Notes: a model not told the origin generated them from the letters alone. Shown: positions 45,632-56,221, counted from the first letter of the stretch. The stretch is 64,000 nucleotides of DNA from Dehalococcoidia bacterium UBA7891 (GCA_002500485.1 DLRJ01000117.1:69226-133225); one strand, 5' to 3'. Numbers and translations: made by a program.

Positions 45632-46455
45632 TGTGCAAAATAATATAGCACTGGAAAAGCCAATACAATCGAGTCTAACCTGTCCAAAGCCCCTCCATGC
45701 CCTGGCATTATTGAACCTGAATCTTTTAGGTTTGCTCTCCTTTTAAGGGAAGACTCAAATAAATCTCCTGTTTGGGCCAATACAACAAAAATGAAACCTA
45801 GTATTAATAGTGAATATAACCCTAAATCGACAAATCCGAAATGAGGGAGTAATAGGCCGCTGGCGATGGCGACTGCCAAACCACAAACGTACCCCCCAAT
45901 AGCTCCTTCTACAGTCTTGTTGGGACTTATGGTAGGGAAGAATGGGGTTTTACCGACCGTCTTTCCTATTATGTATGACCCTGTATCATTGGCCCAAACT
46001 ATCAATGATAAAAATACGATCCAACCGAGGCCAAACTCACTATTTCGAGCAAGAACAGCGAACGAAAGCAATCCTGCAGTATATGACACTGATGAGACAA
46101 CACATGTAAAACTACCTAGTTTTCTATCGCTACCCCACATCAAAAGTATTAGGATGGATGTAAATACGAACGATAGAAGAACTATTGGTAATATGGTGGT
46201 GCTTGCTTCTATGTTAATACTGGGTAGACCGTCTAGATAACTGTCATACGTTTGAACAAACGTAACTATCAACCCAGCTAGAATAGCTGATATAAAGGGC
46301 TCTTTTCGGAGATTGTTACCGGTGATTCTTGCCAGTTCATAGGCTGAGACAACTGCACCAAATATTATTATGAGGGAGAACCATATCCCTCCCAACAATA
46401 TCCCCCCAAGTACTAAGGGAAGTGCTATAGCAGAACTGATTAATCGGTGTTTCAC
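45628..46455 (-). CDS. cdsA: phosphatidate cytidylyltransferase
   Basis: Polytopic membrane protein ending in the CTP-transferase signature S..KR....KDSG...PGHGG.LDR.DS. Confidence 0.85.
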   Translation of the reverse strand: MKHRLISSAIALPLVLGGILLGGIWFSLIIIFGAVVSAYELARITGNNLRKEPFISAILAGLIVTFVQTYDSYLDGLPSINIEASTTILPIVLLSFVFTSILILLMWGSDRKLGSFTCVVSSVSYTAGLLSFAVLARNSEFGLGWIVFLSLIVWANDTGSYIIGKTVGKTPFFPTISPNKTVEGAIGGYVCGLAVAIASGLLLPHFGFVDLGLYSLLILGFIFVVLAQTGDLFESSLKRRANLKDSGSIMPGHGGALDRLDSIVLAFPVLYYFAQ

Positions 46456-46501
46456 TTTATGTTTTCCAGCAACCTAATATACCCATAGCCCGTGTGAAGC
46501 T

Positions 46502-47197
46502 TCATAACTCTCCAAATTTTCGGGTTCTACGTCGATATACATCTATAGCTTTGGATACATCGGACTCATTAAAATCAGGCCAAAGAGTTTCAGTTGAATA
46601 GTATTCTGAATATGCTGTTTGCCATATTAAAAAATTACTTAATCTCATTTCTCCTGCTGTGCGTATAACCATATCGGGGTCTGGTATACCCTTTGTGTAA
46701 AGTCTTGTCTCGATTTGGGATTCACTAATTTCTGGTGGGCTTACCTTATCTTCGACTAGTTTTTTTACTGCTTTCACTATTTCTGACCTGCCACCGTAAT
46801 TGAAGGCAAGGTTGAGAATTAATTTATCGTTGTGGAAGGTCATTTTTTCGCATTTTTTTATTGCTTCTACAACTTCGGAAGGCAAGGAATATTTTTCTCC
46901 AAGATGGGTAATTTTTATACCTTCAGAATGCAGAAATAGTAGCTGTTCAGCAATGGAAGATACGGTTAGCCTCATAAGGTTATCTACTTCGGTCTTTGGG
47001 CGGTTCCAATTCTCTGTAGAGAAGGCGTAAAGGGTAATATACTTCACGCCGTGGGATGAAAATGCTTGGAGCACCCTTTGAATATTTAGTGTTCCTTTCT
47101 CGTGACCAGAGCTTCTATCTAGTCCTTGGGAGGTTGCCCATCTTCCATTGCCGTCCATAATTATGGCTACATGGCGTGGACCTTTACTTTTACCCAT
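46502..47197 (-). CDS. uppS: isoprenyl (undecaprenyl) diphosphate synthase
   Basis: HVAIIMDGNGRWA, TLYAFSTENW.RP, RTAGE.RLSNFL.WQ.AY.E. Confidence 0.95.
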   Translation of the reverse strand: MGKSKGPRHVAIIMDGNGRWATSQGLDRSSGHEKGTLNIQRVLQAFSSHGVKYITLYAFSTENWNRPKTEVDNLMRLTVSSIAEQLLFLHSEGIKITHLGEKYSLPSEVVEAIKKCEKMTFHNDKLILNLAFNYGGRSEIVKAVKKLVEDKVSPPEISESQIETRLYTKGIPDPDMVIRTAGEMRLSNFLIWQTAYSEYYSTETLWPDFNESDVSKAIDVYRRRTRKFGEL

Positions 47198-47209
47198 AGT
47201 ACAACTGGG

Positions 47210-47773
47210 TCACACCTCCATAACCTCTTTTTCTTTTTGAGACTTGATTGAATCCATTTCAGATATGAAGGAGTCGGTGACATTTTGAAGCTCCTGCTGA
47301 GCTCTTCTACCGTCGTCTTGAGAGATCTCCTTGTCTTTATCTAAAGTTCTTATTTTCTCCAAACTATCTCTACGTATATTTCTTATTGCTACGTGGCCTT
47401 CTTCAACCAAGTTTCCAACCAACTTAACCATCTCACGTCTTCGCTCTTCAGTTAATTCAGGTACGTTTATTCTTATGATTACTCCATCAGAATTAGGAGT
47501 CAGGCCAAGATCTGATTTCAATATACTTTTCTCTATTTCTTGTAGGGATTCCTTGTCCCAAGGTTGGATAACTATGGTCCGGGCTTCAGGTACTGATATC
47601 GAGGATAATTGGTTTAAAGGTGTGGAGCTACCATAATATTCAACATCAAGGTTTTCAACTAGATTGGTTGAAGCTCGTCCGGTTCTCACCGAGGATAGAT
47701 CTCTTTGCAAAGAATCAACACTTTTGTTCATTCTTTCTTTGGTGTTTTTAAATATTTCTTCAATGTCTTCCAT
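47210..47773 (-). CDS. frr: ribosome recycling factor
   Basis: 187 aa with typical RRF pattern (...VRTGRA...L..I.V.YYG..TPL.Q...I...E.R...I.PWD...). Confidence 0.95.
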   Translation of the reverse strand: MEDIEEIFKNTKERMNKSVDSLQRDLSSVRTGRASTNLVENLDVEYYGSSTPLNQLSSISVPEARTIVIQPWDKESLQEIEKSILKSDLGLTPNSDGVIIRINVPELTEERRREMVKLVGNLVEEGHVAIRNIRRDSLEKIRTLDKDKEISQDDGRRAQQELQNVTDSFISEMDSIKSQKEKEVMEV

Positions 47774-47781
47774 GATCTTTA

Positions 47782-48522
47782 TTACTCCCCTGTGACCAAA
47801 GTACCGACTTTTTCACCTGAGACGATACGGTTTAGATTCCCTTTCTCAAAAAGGTCAAAAACAACGATTGGGATACTGTACTCCATACATAACGACAGAG
47901 CCGTACTATCCATTACTTTAAGGCGTTTTTCTATTGCGTCTAAATATGAAATACTGTCATAGCGAACTGCGGATTTATCTAATTTGGGATCCTTATCGTA
48001 AACCCCGTCTACATCATTTTTCGCCATTAGTAATACATCTGCGTCTATTTCCAAAGCTCTTAACGCAGATCCTGTGTCCGTTGTCACGAATGGGTTGCCA
48101 GTACCAGCTGCAAACAATACGATACGACCTTTTTCAAGGTGGCGTATTGCCCTTCTCCGGATGTATGGTTCCGCCACTTGTTGGATATTAATTGCACTAA
48201 GAGTTCTTGTGTTGAGTTTGTGCTTTCTCTCTAGTGCATCCTGTAGTGCCAAGGCGCTTATTACAGTTGCAAGCATTCCTGCATAATCGGCAGAGGCTCT
48301 GTCCATACCTTCAATCTCTGCTTCTGAACCTCTCCAGATATTTCCGCCTCCTACAACAATCCCTAGCTCAATACCTTTTGAAGTGACTGACTTTATCTCT
48401 TCAGCCATATAATCCAGGGAGTCAGGATCTATTCCGTGACTTCGGTTTCCTTTTAGCGATTCTCCACTTAGCTTTAGCAGAATCCGTTTGAATGGTTTAT
48501 CTGGCATATTTGCCTCATTCAC
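47782..48522 (-). CDS. pyrH: UMP kinase
   Basis: [19 protein letters not shown], amino-acid-kinase fold. 8-nt overlap with tsf. Confidence 0.95.
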   Translation of the reverse strand: MNEANMPDKPFKRILLKLSGESLKGNRSHGIDPDSLDYMAEEIKSVTSKGIELGIVVGGGNIWRGSEAEIEGMDRASADYAGMLATVISALALQDALERKHKLNTRTLSAINIQQVAEPYIRRRAIRHLEKGRIVLFAAGTGNPFVTTDTGSALRALEIDADVLLMAKNDVDGVYDKDPKLDKSAVRYDSISYLDAIEKRLKVMDSTALSLCMEYSIPIVVFDLFEKGNLNRIVSGEKVGTLVTGE

Positions 48523-49018
48523 CCAAGGAAAATCTTTGGAATCTCCGTACCCTTATGTTTTCCCCAAGCTTTCCAACAGTTTCGTTGATCAGGTCTTGGA
48601 TAGTTTTTGAGGGGTCTTTGATAAATGGCTGTGATAACAAACATTTATCTTCGGTTGTTGTGTCATTTTCCGGGGCATCCTTCATCGTAAGGAATTCCGG
48701 TGACATAGCTGCGACTTGCATTGCGATATCGTGGGCTAGTCCTGCAAAATCATTTGTTCGGGCCACAAAATCAGTTTCACAGTTGATCTCTATCATTGCT
48801 CCTATCCTGCCGCCGCTGTGTATGTAGGTATCTATTAAACCTTGATCTGTGTCCCTATCTGCTTTTTTTGCAGCTGATGCAACTCCTTTTTCCTTCAAGA
48901 AGGATTCAGCTTTGTCTATGTCGCCTTTACTTTCTTCCAAAGCCTTTTTGCAATCCATAACGCCTGCGCTTGTTCGGGCGCGCAACTCTTTGATCAGTTG
49001 TGTGGTAGTAGCAGGCAC
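48515..49018 (-). CDS. tsf: translation elongation factor Ts (short form)
   Basis: N-terminal UBA-like [27 protein letters not shown]...L. Only 167 aa, a length I recall for the short Dehalococcoidia-type EF-Ts. Confidence 0.9.
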   Translation of the reverse strand: MPATTTQLIKELRARTSAGVMDCKKALEESKGDIDKAESFLKEKGVASAAKKADRDTDQGLIDTYIHSGGRIGAMIEINCETDFVARTNDFAGLAHDIAMQVAAMSPEFLTMKDAPENDTTTEDKCLLSQPFIKDPSKTIQDLINETVGKLGENIRVRRFQRFSLGE

Positions 49019-49057
49019 ATTCTCTCCCTTGAAATTGAGTTAGATGGGTTTTTTCAG

Positions 49058-50095
49058 TCAGTTGACCTTTTCATCAGGCTCAGATTCTTTTTCAGTAGAG
49101 TCTGAACTTACCGAATTTTCAGGATTAGGCGTGGATTCCTCAATTTCAGGAGAAATTACTTCCTTGTCGATTTCTGAAGGTTCGGATTCCGATTCATCAC
49201 TTTCAACGTTTTGCTCTGGTTCGATGATTGTTTCTTCAGCATCTTCATTTTCCTCAGATTCAGTTTCCTCAGAAATTGAATCTTCTATGGTAACAGTAGA
49301 GTAAGTAACCATTCTTGGATTCGATGCTTGATTTGGGTCTGTGGGATCATCAGATTGCTCAGCGTTTCGTTGGTGATAGCCATCTATAATGGCATCCGAC
49401 ATTCTTCCCGTGATTAATCTGACAGACCTTATCGCATCATCGTTTCCTGGGATTGGGTGGTCAATAAGATCTGGATCACAGTCAGAGTCCACCAATGCCA
49501 CTATTGGTATACCGACTCGATTAGCTTCAGCTACAGCTATTTCTTCTCTTCCCACATCGATAATGAACATTGCCCCCGGCATTTCGGTCATTTCCTTTAT
49601 TCCGGAGAGGTTTTTGTTTAATTTGGTTATCTTCTCATCAATTTTCAAAGACTCTTTTTTCGTTAGGTTTTCAAAGTCCCCTTGATCGCGCCGAGTCTCC
49701 AAATCTACCAAATAGTCAATTCTCTTCTGAATAGTTTTGAAGTTGGTTAGGGTCCCTCCTAGCCACCTGTTGGATATGTGCAAGGAATTACTTCTTTCAG
49801 CTTCAGTCACAATCGTATCTTGGGCTTGCTTCTTTGTACCGACCATCAGAATCTTTTTTCCACTTGCGGCTACCTCACTCAGAAATGCTGCAGCTTCTTC
49901 TACCAAATTCAAAGTTTTCTGTAGGTCGATTATGTGAATGCCATTTCTGTGAGTGAAGATATACCTTTTCATCTTCGGGTTCCATCGCCTTTTCTGGTGG
50001 CCAAAATGAACTCCGGCCTCCAAAAGTGATTTCATCGTTATTGCTTCAGGATCCTGGGTTTGAATTGTTTCTACCTCAACAGCCTCTTCGACCAT
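49058..50095 (-). CDS. rpsB: 30S ribosomal protein S2 with long acidic C-terminal extension
   Basis: [19 protein letters not shown]..., TNF/GG.LTN core. ATG 50095 (AAAGGAAAA upstream) is preferred to the track's GTG 50110; ATG 50035 is also possible. The last 100 or so aa are E/S/D-rich. Confidence 0.9.
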   Translation of the reverse strand: MVEEAVEVETIQTQDPEAITMKSLLEAGVHFGHQKRRWNPKMKRYIFTHRNGIHIIDLQKTLNLVEEAAAFLSEVAASGKKILMVGTKKQAQDTIVTEAERSNSLHISNRWLGGTLTNFKTIQKRIDYLVDLETRRDQGDFENLTKKESLKIDEKITKLNKNLSGIKEMTEMPGAMFIIDVGREEIAVAEANRVGIPIVALVDSDCDPDLIDHPIPGNDDAIRSVRLITGRMSDAIIDGYHQRNAEQSDDPTDPNQASNPRMVTYSTVTIEDSISEETESEENEDAEETIIEPEQNVESDESESEPSEIDKEVISPEIEESTPNPENSVSSDSTEKESEPDEKVN

Positions 50096-50243
50096 GTATT
50101 TTCCTTTCACTATGATAGGTTGGTTGGCTATTTTAAAGCCCTTAAACCGTGATTATCTAACTGTGCTTTGCAACTGAAAAAACGCCGGAAAAGTATAACA
50201 TGACACTACTTCGACAGTAAAAGCAAATTTTAGAAAATAAGAA

Positions 50244-50873
50244 TTATTTTTTGAGGCGCTTTTCTAACTTTTTCCATTTGGAGTTCAGTAAATGTCGGTA
50301 ATCTAGGGATTGGATATCAGCTACCGTCATAATTTTGGCATCCTCACGGTTGTCAGTGTAATAGGATTTTCTTAATCCTTGTGTAGTCATTCCATATTTT
50401 TGGTATAGAGATATAGCTGGTATATTTGAAACCCTCACTTCGAGGGTCAAAGACCTTGCTCCTTTTTTAATCGAGTTTATTAAAGCTGAATATAGAAGCA
50501 ATTCTCCAATCCCTTTCCTTCTATGAGATCTTCTAGTGCCTATGGACATGATATGAGATTCTTCAAAAGTTGTATCCCAGAGAAAAATATATCCGGTCAG
50601 GAAGTCCATCCCAGGTTTCCATCCTGTATTTCCAGACCGATAGCTTACAGGGCTTTTGATTGGCTTGGAATGGGGTGAGGATTCTTTTTTCTCTCCCGTA
50701 TTTGAGTTAGATATTGCAACTAGGATAGTCGAAATTTCCCTTTGGAGCTCCTTTCTAAATGAAGTGGGAGGAAACAATTGAGGAAAGGCATCCGATTCAA
50801 TAAGTGAAACTTGAGAGATATCCTCATTCTTCATTTTTCGTATGGATTGGTTATTACCTTTGGGTTTATCCAT
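50244..50873 (-). CDS. GNAT N-acetyltransferase (RimI-like)
   Basis: Acetyl-CoA loop RRSHRRKGIGELLL. Position next to rpsB is common for rimI. It contains a roughly 45-aa low-complexity insertion. Confidence 0.7.
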   Translation of the reverse strand: MDKPKGNNQSIRKMKNEDISQVSLIESDAFPQLFPPTSFRKELQREISTILVAISNSNTGEKKESSPHSKPIKSPVSYRSGNTGWKPGMDFLTGYIFLWDTTFEESHIMSIGTRRSHRRKGIGELLLYSALINSIKKGARSLTLEVRVSNIPAISLYQKYGMTTQGLRKSYYTDNREDAKIMTVADIQSLDYRHLLNSKWKKLEKRLKK

Positions 50874-51018
50874 TTCGAAAGGGTTTACCTCGTGCAGTCT
50901 TTTTGTTTTTAATTATGCCTTTTAAAGACATGTATTAGATTACATGAACAAATTGTCAAGAAATTGTTTTCAAAACACTTGATATTTAGATGACAACTCA
51001 ATGTAGAATAAGGAGTCC

Positions 51019-52851
51019 GTGTGGATTCCGAGCTTTTTTGCTTCGTTAGCCACAACTCTTGGGCCAAGTTTCAGGGAATCTATGCAACATATCCTTAGAA
51101 TAATAAGAATTGCTCTGAGGTACAAATATAGAATAGCTTTTGCTTACTTATCTACGATAGGGGCTATAGTAGCTTACATTTTCCTGCCCAAACTATTCGG
51201 AGACGCAATCGACTCTGTTGCAGAGCCTATCTTAGCCGGACAGAAAGTGGACACAGGAATCCTTTACCCATGCATATTAATTATTTTGGGGTTGAGCGTG
51301 ATTCGTGGAGGTATGTCCTATTTCCAGACTTATTTGGCAGAGACATTGTCGCAATATGTTTCTTACGACCTAAGAAATGCTTTCTATGATCATGTGCAGC
51401 ATCAGAGTTTTGCTTTTCATGATAGGCACCACACCGGTAATCTGATGTCTCGAGCCATCACAGATGTGGAAAACATACGGATGTTCATAAATATGGGACT
51501 TGTCAGGGCCCCATATTTCATAGCTTTGTTCATAATAGTCGCTGCTATTTTGATTTCCATGAACTGGAAATTAGGACTCTTAAGCGCTAGCTTTATGCCT
51601 ATAGTTGCTATTTATACCAGCCGAGTTCGACTTAGGATGAGGGCATTATGGCTTTTAGTACAACAAAAAATGGCGGAACTTAGTATTATTCTTCAGGAGA
51701 ATTTCTCAGGCCAACGAGTCGTTAAGGCTTTTGCTTCAGAGGACCATGAAGAGGATAAATTTGAAATAAAGAATGCCGAAGTTTCAGATATTTATGTGTC
51801 TGCAGAGAAGTTGCGGGCTTCTAGCATGTCTTTCATGATGTTTACTTTCATGGTGGCCATGGCTTTGATAATTTGGTACGGGGGGCGACAAGTTATGAAT
51901 GGGACTATGACGCCTGGTGAATTAGCAGCCTTTGTTTTTTATCTCCAGATACTGGCCTTGCCGGTTAGGATGGCAGGGTGGGTAGTAAACGCGTATGCCA
52001 GAGCTGCTTCTGCAGGAGAAAGGATGTTCGAGATACTTGATGCACCATCTCCGGTCGAAGAAACATCAAACCCAATTACACTTGAAAAATCTAAAGGGCA
52101 CGTTAGATTTGAAAATGTGTCTTTTGCCTACGATGGCGGTAAACCTGTTCTCAGGAACATAAATTTGGAGGCAAAGCCTGGTGAGATAATCGCATTGGTT
52201 GGACCCCCAGGGAGCGGTAAGTCGACTATTGCCAACCTTCTTCCAAGATTTTACGACGTTTCTGCAGGAGTAATAAAAATCGATGGGATAGATGTGAAAG
52301 AGTTCACTCTGCGTTCCTTAAGGGAGAACATTGGAATGGTCCAGCAGGACGTTTTCCTCTTCACTACCTCGTTAAAGGAAAACATTAAATATGGTCGTGA
52401 GAATGCTAGCGATGAGCAGATGGAAAACGCCTCTTCAATCGCTCAAATGGCAGATTTTATTGAAGGTCTTGACGAGGGTTATGATACCTATGTTGGGGAA
52501 AGGGGGTCCACTTTATCCGGAGGACAACGCCAGCGAATGTCGATAGCTCGAGCGATTTTGCTAGACCCTCCTATATTAATATTGGATGATTCAACTTCCA
52601 GCGTGGATGCAAATACTGAAGATCTAATAAAGGCCGCAATGGATAATTCAATGGAAGGAAGAACAACATTCATTATCGCCAACAGACTTAGTACCGTACA
52701 CAGTGCTGACAAGATAGTCGTCTTGAAGGATGGGAGGATCATTGAAGAAGGTTCTCATGACCAGTTGCTAAGGCAAGGTGGCCTTTACAATGAAATATAT
52801 GAATTGCAATTGCGACCCCAGGATGAATTGAGCTCTGAGGTGAGTAGATGA
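51019..52851 (+). CDS. ABC exporter, fused permease/ATPase (heterodimer half 1)
   Basis: Six-TM type-IV exporter domain, GPPGSGKST, LSGGQRQRMSIARA, ILILDD. The start codon is uncertain (GTG 51019 vs ATG 51082). Confidence 0.9.
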   Translation: MWIPSFFASLATTLGPSFRESMQHILRIIRIALRYKYRIAFAYLSTIGAIVAYIFLPKLFGDAIDSVAEPILAGQKVDTGILYPCILIILGLSVIRGGMSYFQTYLAETLSQYVSYDLRNAFYDHVQHQSFAFHDRHHTGNLMSRAITDVENIRMFINMGLVRAPYFIALFIIVAAILISMNWKLGLLSASFMPIVAIYTSRVRLRMRALWLLVQQKMAELSIILQENFSGQRVVKAFASEDHEEDKFEIKNAEVSDIYVSAEKLRASSMSFMMFTFMVAMALIIWYGGRQVMNGTMTPGELAAFVFYLQILALPVRMAGWVVNAYARAASAGERMFEILDAPSPVEETSNPITLEKSKGHVRFENVSFAYDGGKPVLRNINLEAKPGEIIALVGPPGSGKSTIANLLPRFYDVSAGVIKIDGIDVKEFTLRSLRENIGMVQQDVFLFTTSLKENIKYGRENASDEQMENASSIAQMADFIEGLDEGYDTYVGERGSTLSGGQRQRMSIARAILLDPPILILDDSTSSVDANTEDLIKAAMDNSMEGRTTFIIANRLSTVHSADKIVVLKDGRIIEEGSHDQLLRQGGLYNEIYELQLRPQDELSSEVSR

Positions 52852-54752
52852 ATCTCGGCTTAGGCGGTATGTCTGCCTCGAGAGGCCAGGCAGACGAGGA
52901 ATTTTTTGGGTCCGTATATGATCAAAAGGTTATCCTGAGACTACTTCCTTATATCAAACCCTTTACACCCCTGGTAATTGTTTCCTTCGTTTCGATGTTG
53001 ATTTATACCTTTACTTTGGTGGCGGTACCTTGGCTCATACAATGGGGTATCGATAATCCTATCAAGGATGGGCTGCAAACTGCGACTGACTACAAAGAAA
53101 CTGTAAGTCTTGCAGGAGAGGAGACTAATCTAGCAATACTCAAAGAACTTCTTTCACCTCATATTAAGATACTCAACATTCTTTTCGTTGTTTTTTTAAT
53201 TAATGCGTTTACCAACTGGGGTACGAATTACCTTCAACAGTATGCAATGCAGAAAGTGGGTCAAGGTGTCCTGTTTAGGTTGAGAAGAGCTTTGTTTGGT
53301 CATGTGCAAAAGCAATCCCTGTCCTATTTTGATACCACAGAAGTGGGTAGGCTTATGTCACGTGTACAAGGAGATGTTGGTCAACTGCAGGAGTTTGCAG
53401 CTTTGGTAGTTATGAGCCTCGGTGAGCTGTTGAGTCTTGTAGGTATTGTCATTGCCCTCTTGGTGATGGACCTAGAATTGGGTCTTATTACGATGGGGGT
53501 ACTGCCTGTTTTGATGATTATTACGGTCATTTGGCAAAAATATGCTAAAGAGGCCTTTAGTGAAATCAGACGGCGAATCGCGATAGTAAACGCCGCGTTC
53601 AACGAAAATATTTCAGGGGTAAGGGTAGTCCAAAGTCTTAATAGACAGGAAAGGAATCTAGAAATATTTGATGAAAAAAATACAGCTCATAGGTGGTCCA
53701 ACGTAATCGCAGGTAGATATGCCGCAGGCCTTCTGCCGGCGGTTGATATTCTTACTGCTGTTGCAATTGGGCTTGCCTTGTATTTTGGTTCCAAATTGGT
53801 TGGATTAGAGGAAGGTCAGTTACTTCCAGGAGTGTTAGTCGCCTTTGTGATGTATGTGCAAAGATTTTTTGATCCTATTCGCAATTTGACTCAGCAATAT
53901 ACTCAGTTGCAAAGATCCATGGCTTCGGGGGCGAGAATTTTTGATTTGATGGATAGGGAGCCGGAGTTAGTAGATATAGACGATGCTATCGAGATGCCCG
54001 AAATAAAGGGGAAGGTTGAATTTAAAAACGTCAGCTTCCGATATGTGGAAGGTGAGGATGTCCTAAAAGGGATAAATTTAAAGGTAAATGCGGGTGAAAC
54101 CGTTGCTGTTGTGGGACCAACTGGTGCTGGGAAAACCAGCATTGTGTCTATTTTGTCGCGATTCTACCCAGTTAAGCGGGAAGAAGGTGAGATATTGATA
54201 GATGGGATCGATATCAGAGACGTCAAGAGAGCTTCGGTCGTAGGCCAAATGAGTATGGTTTTACAAGAACCATACCTTTTTTCTGGTACGGTGATGGAAA
54301 ATATTAAATATAATCACGTGGATGCAACTGATGAAAAAGCCATCTCTTCGGCAAAGGTAGTTGGGGCACACGAATTTATTATGCAGCTTGAAGATGGATA
54401 TGACACTTTTCTTTCAGAAAGAGGAGCCAATATTAGTTTGGGCCAACGCCAATTAATAAGTTTTGCAAGGGCCATTGTCGATGATCCCAAGATACTTATC
54501 CTAGATGAGGCTACGGCTAGCATCGATAGCCATACGGAATTAGTTATTCAAACGGCCTTGAGAAAATTGTTAGAAGGACGTACTGCTATTGTCATAGCCC
54601 ATAGACTATCTACGATAAGAGGAGCAGATAAAATAGTTGTGTTAGAGGCAGGTGAGGTGGTCGAGGTAGGGAATCACCAAGAACTAATGGATAAAGACGG
54701 TCTCTACGCGCATCTCTACAATATGAATTTTCAGTCGATTGAAGATTTATAA
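52848..54752 (+). CDS. ABC exporter, fused permease/ATPase (heterodimer half 2)
   Basis: 4-nt overlap with the upstream half. GPTGAGKTS, degenerate signature ISLGQRQLISFARA, ILILDEAT. This is the asymmetric heterodimer pattern (one non-canonical signature). Confidence 0.9.
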   Translation: MNLGLGGMSASRGQADEEFFGSVYDQKVILRLLPYIKPFTPLVIVSFVSMLIYTFTLVAVPWLIQWGIDNPIKDGLQTATDYKETVSLAGEETNLAILKELLSPHIKILNILFVVFLINAFTNWGTNYLQQYAMQKVGQGVLFRLRRALFGHVQKQSLSYFDTTEVGRLMSRVQGDVGQLQEFAALVVMSLGELLSLVGIVIALLVMDLELGLITMGVLPVLMIITVIWQKYAKEAFSEIRRRIAIVNAAFNENISGVRVVQSLNRQERNLEIFDEKNTAHRWSNVIAGRYAAGLLPAVDILTAVAIGLALYFGSKLVGLEEGQLLPGVLVAFVMYVQRFFDPIRNLTQQYTQLQRSMASGARIFDLMDREPELVDIDDAIEMPEIKGKVEFKNVSFRYVEGEDVLKGINLKVNAGETVAVVGPTGAGKTSIVSILSRFYPVKREEGEILIDGIDIRDVKRASVVGQMSMVLQEPYLFSGTVMENIKYNHVDATDEKAISSAKVVGAHEFIMQLEDGYDTFLSERGANISLGQRQLISFARAIVDDPKILILDEATASIDSHTELVIQTALRKLLEGRTAIVIAHRLSTIRGADKIVVLEAGEVVEVGNHQELMDKDGLYAHLYNMNFQSIEDL

Positions 54753-54804
54753 TAAGTTTTTGTTTTCTTGAGTAGCACTTTTCCTAGACGCAATTTGGAG
54801 TTTA

Positions 54805-55230
54805 ATGCTTGCACACCTAGAAAAATTCATACTTTCTTTACAGGTAGCTAGGTTATCTACTCTGACCCCTTCCGGAGCTCCTCATACGATACCAATATGC
54901 TTCGCTTTGTTTGATAACGACACGATCTATACTCCAATTGATACAAAGCCTAAAAAGGATATAACTAAACCTCTTAAAAGAATTGAAAACATAGCAAATA
55001 ACGATGAAGTTGTTGTCTTATTTGACAGATATTCAGAAGATTGGGGTGAATTGGCATACGTGATGGCTAAAGGTAAAGCCAAACTTGTGAGTGATGAACA
55101 GGAAAACCTACAGGCTATGAGATTACTTGAAAATCGATACATACAATACCGGGATCAGAATTATCTTCCAAGAGGGGCAAAGATTATCGGGATCAGAGTA
55201 TACGACTATACATCTTGGGGAAATCTTTAA
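54805..55230 (+). CDS. PPOX-class (pyridoxamine 5'-phosphate oxidase-like), probable F420-dependent protein
   Basis: Split-barrel-sized (141 aa). ARLSTL...G.PH..PICFA and DRYSEDWGELAYV resemble the Rv0121-type F420 family, as I recall it. Confidence 0.65.
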   Translation: MLAHLEKFILSLQVARLSTLTPSGAPHTIPICFALFDNDTIYTPIDTKPKKDITKPLKRIENIANNDEVVVLFDRYSEDWGELAYVMAKGKAKLVSDEQENLQAMRLLENRYIQYRDQNYLPRGAKIIGIRVYDYTSWGNL

Positions 55231-55357
55231 TAAATATATTTGGATCTTTTTATTTTCAAGAAAACGCTAAGATGGTATCTATTTCGCTTATAGTGGACAT
55301 ATAATCACTGCAGGTTGATAGTGTTTTCGAATATACGAAAGAGAAAAATAATAATCT

Positions 55358-55726
55358 ATGAGAATTTACTTTTGTCCTGAGTGTGGCGGTTACTCGTTAG
55401 GGCCAGCGACATCATGTGACGAATGCCAAACAGACCTGCCAGAAGACTCCTGGGCAGAGATAACAGAGGAAGAACTTCAACAGTTGGAGTATGTGGAAGA
55501 TTTTGATCTTCCGCATGGCATATCGACGTGGGAGTACGATGTGGTAAGGCTGAAAACTGACACAGAAGAAGGTGGATTACGCTACACAACAGGTCTTCTG
55601 AAACGTATGGGAGACAAGGGTTGGGAGTTGGTGAACATTACTCCGCTAGGCGACAAAGATGGCCCTCGATACGGTATTTTTAAGAGGATATGGGATGAAG
55701 GTCATGGCGATGAAGGTGATTCATAG
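55358..55726 (+). CDS. zinc-ribbon + DUF4177-like protein
   Basis: N-terminal CPECG...CDEC. The C-terminal WEYDVV...LLKRMGDKGWELVNI matches the DUF4177 pattern (WEYKV...GWELV). Confidence 0.6.
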   Translation: MRIYFCPECGGYSLGPATSCDECQTDLPEDSWAEITEEELQQLEYVEDFDLPHGISTWEYDVVRLKTDTEEGGLRYTTGLLKRMGDKGWELVNITPLGDKDGPRYGIFKRIWDEGHGDEGDS

Positions 55727-56221
55727 ACTTTGTAGATAAGTTTTATAGGCTGACATTATTTCCTGGTCATAAGGGAATGGTAAGTTAGGTAGTTCGTCCA
55801 ATTCACACCATTTTATTTCACTTACTTCTTCGGCAGCTTTAGCTGTTCCTGATTTGTGAGTTGCTACATAGACATGGATCACAACCGGACCCTTCCCTGA
55901 AAATACCCCTAGATAGTGACACGGGCTGGTATATATTGTTGTTTCCTCAAAGACTTCCCGTACCAAGGCATCTTCTATAGCCTCACCGCGGTCTACATAG
56001 CCTGATGGCAGGCTCCATTTGCCTAAATGGGGTTCTATGGCTCGTCTTATCAGCAATATTGCTTTGTTTGATGGGACTATCGCCACTACTGCGACTTTGG
56101 GATCCGCATATATGAAAGTATTACAAGCCTGGCAGAATGGCCTTTCCTTGCTGCGATCGTATCTTCTCACCAGCTGTGTACCGCAAAACTGGCAATACTT
56201 AATTTGCTCAATCATAGTCAT
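55721..56221 (-). CDS. NUDIX hydrolase with N-terminal zinc ribbon
   Basis: CQFCG...CQAC, then Nudix box GKWSLPSGYVDRGEAIEDALVREVFEETT. ATG 56221 is preferred to the track's TTG 56281, whose extra residues look non-native. Confidence 0.8.
   Translation of the reverse strand: MTMIEQIKYCQFCGTQLVRRYDRSKERPFCQACNTFIYADPKVAVVAIVPSNKAILLIRRAIEPHLGKWSLPSGYVDRGEAIEDALVREVFEETTIYTSPCHYLGVFSGKGPVVIHVYVATHKSGTAKAAEEVSEIKWCELDELPNLPFPYDQEIMSAYKTYLQSL

Noticed and set aside
49058-49330. Repetitive GATTC/TTCAGA-rich DNA that looked like a tandem repeat or satellite.
   Set aside because: It is the coding sequence of the Glu/Ser/Asp-rich tail of S2. The repeat units are imperfect and kept in frame, so this is not a non-coding repeat element.
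50244-50873. The roughly 45-aa insertion (SNSNTGEKKESSPHSKPIKSPVSYRSGNTGWKPGMDF) in the RimI-like GNAT, considered as a possible domain acquisition.
   Set aside because: It is a low-complexity linker-like sequence with no motif. It is likely a lineage-specific loop and not worth a separate finding.
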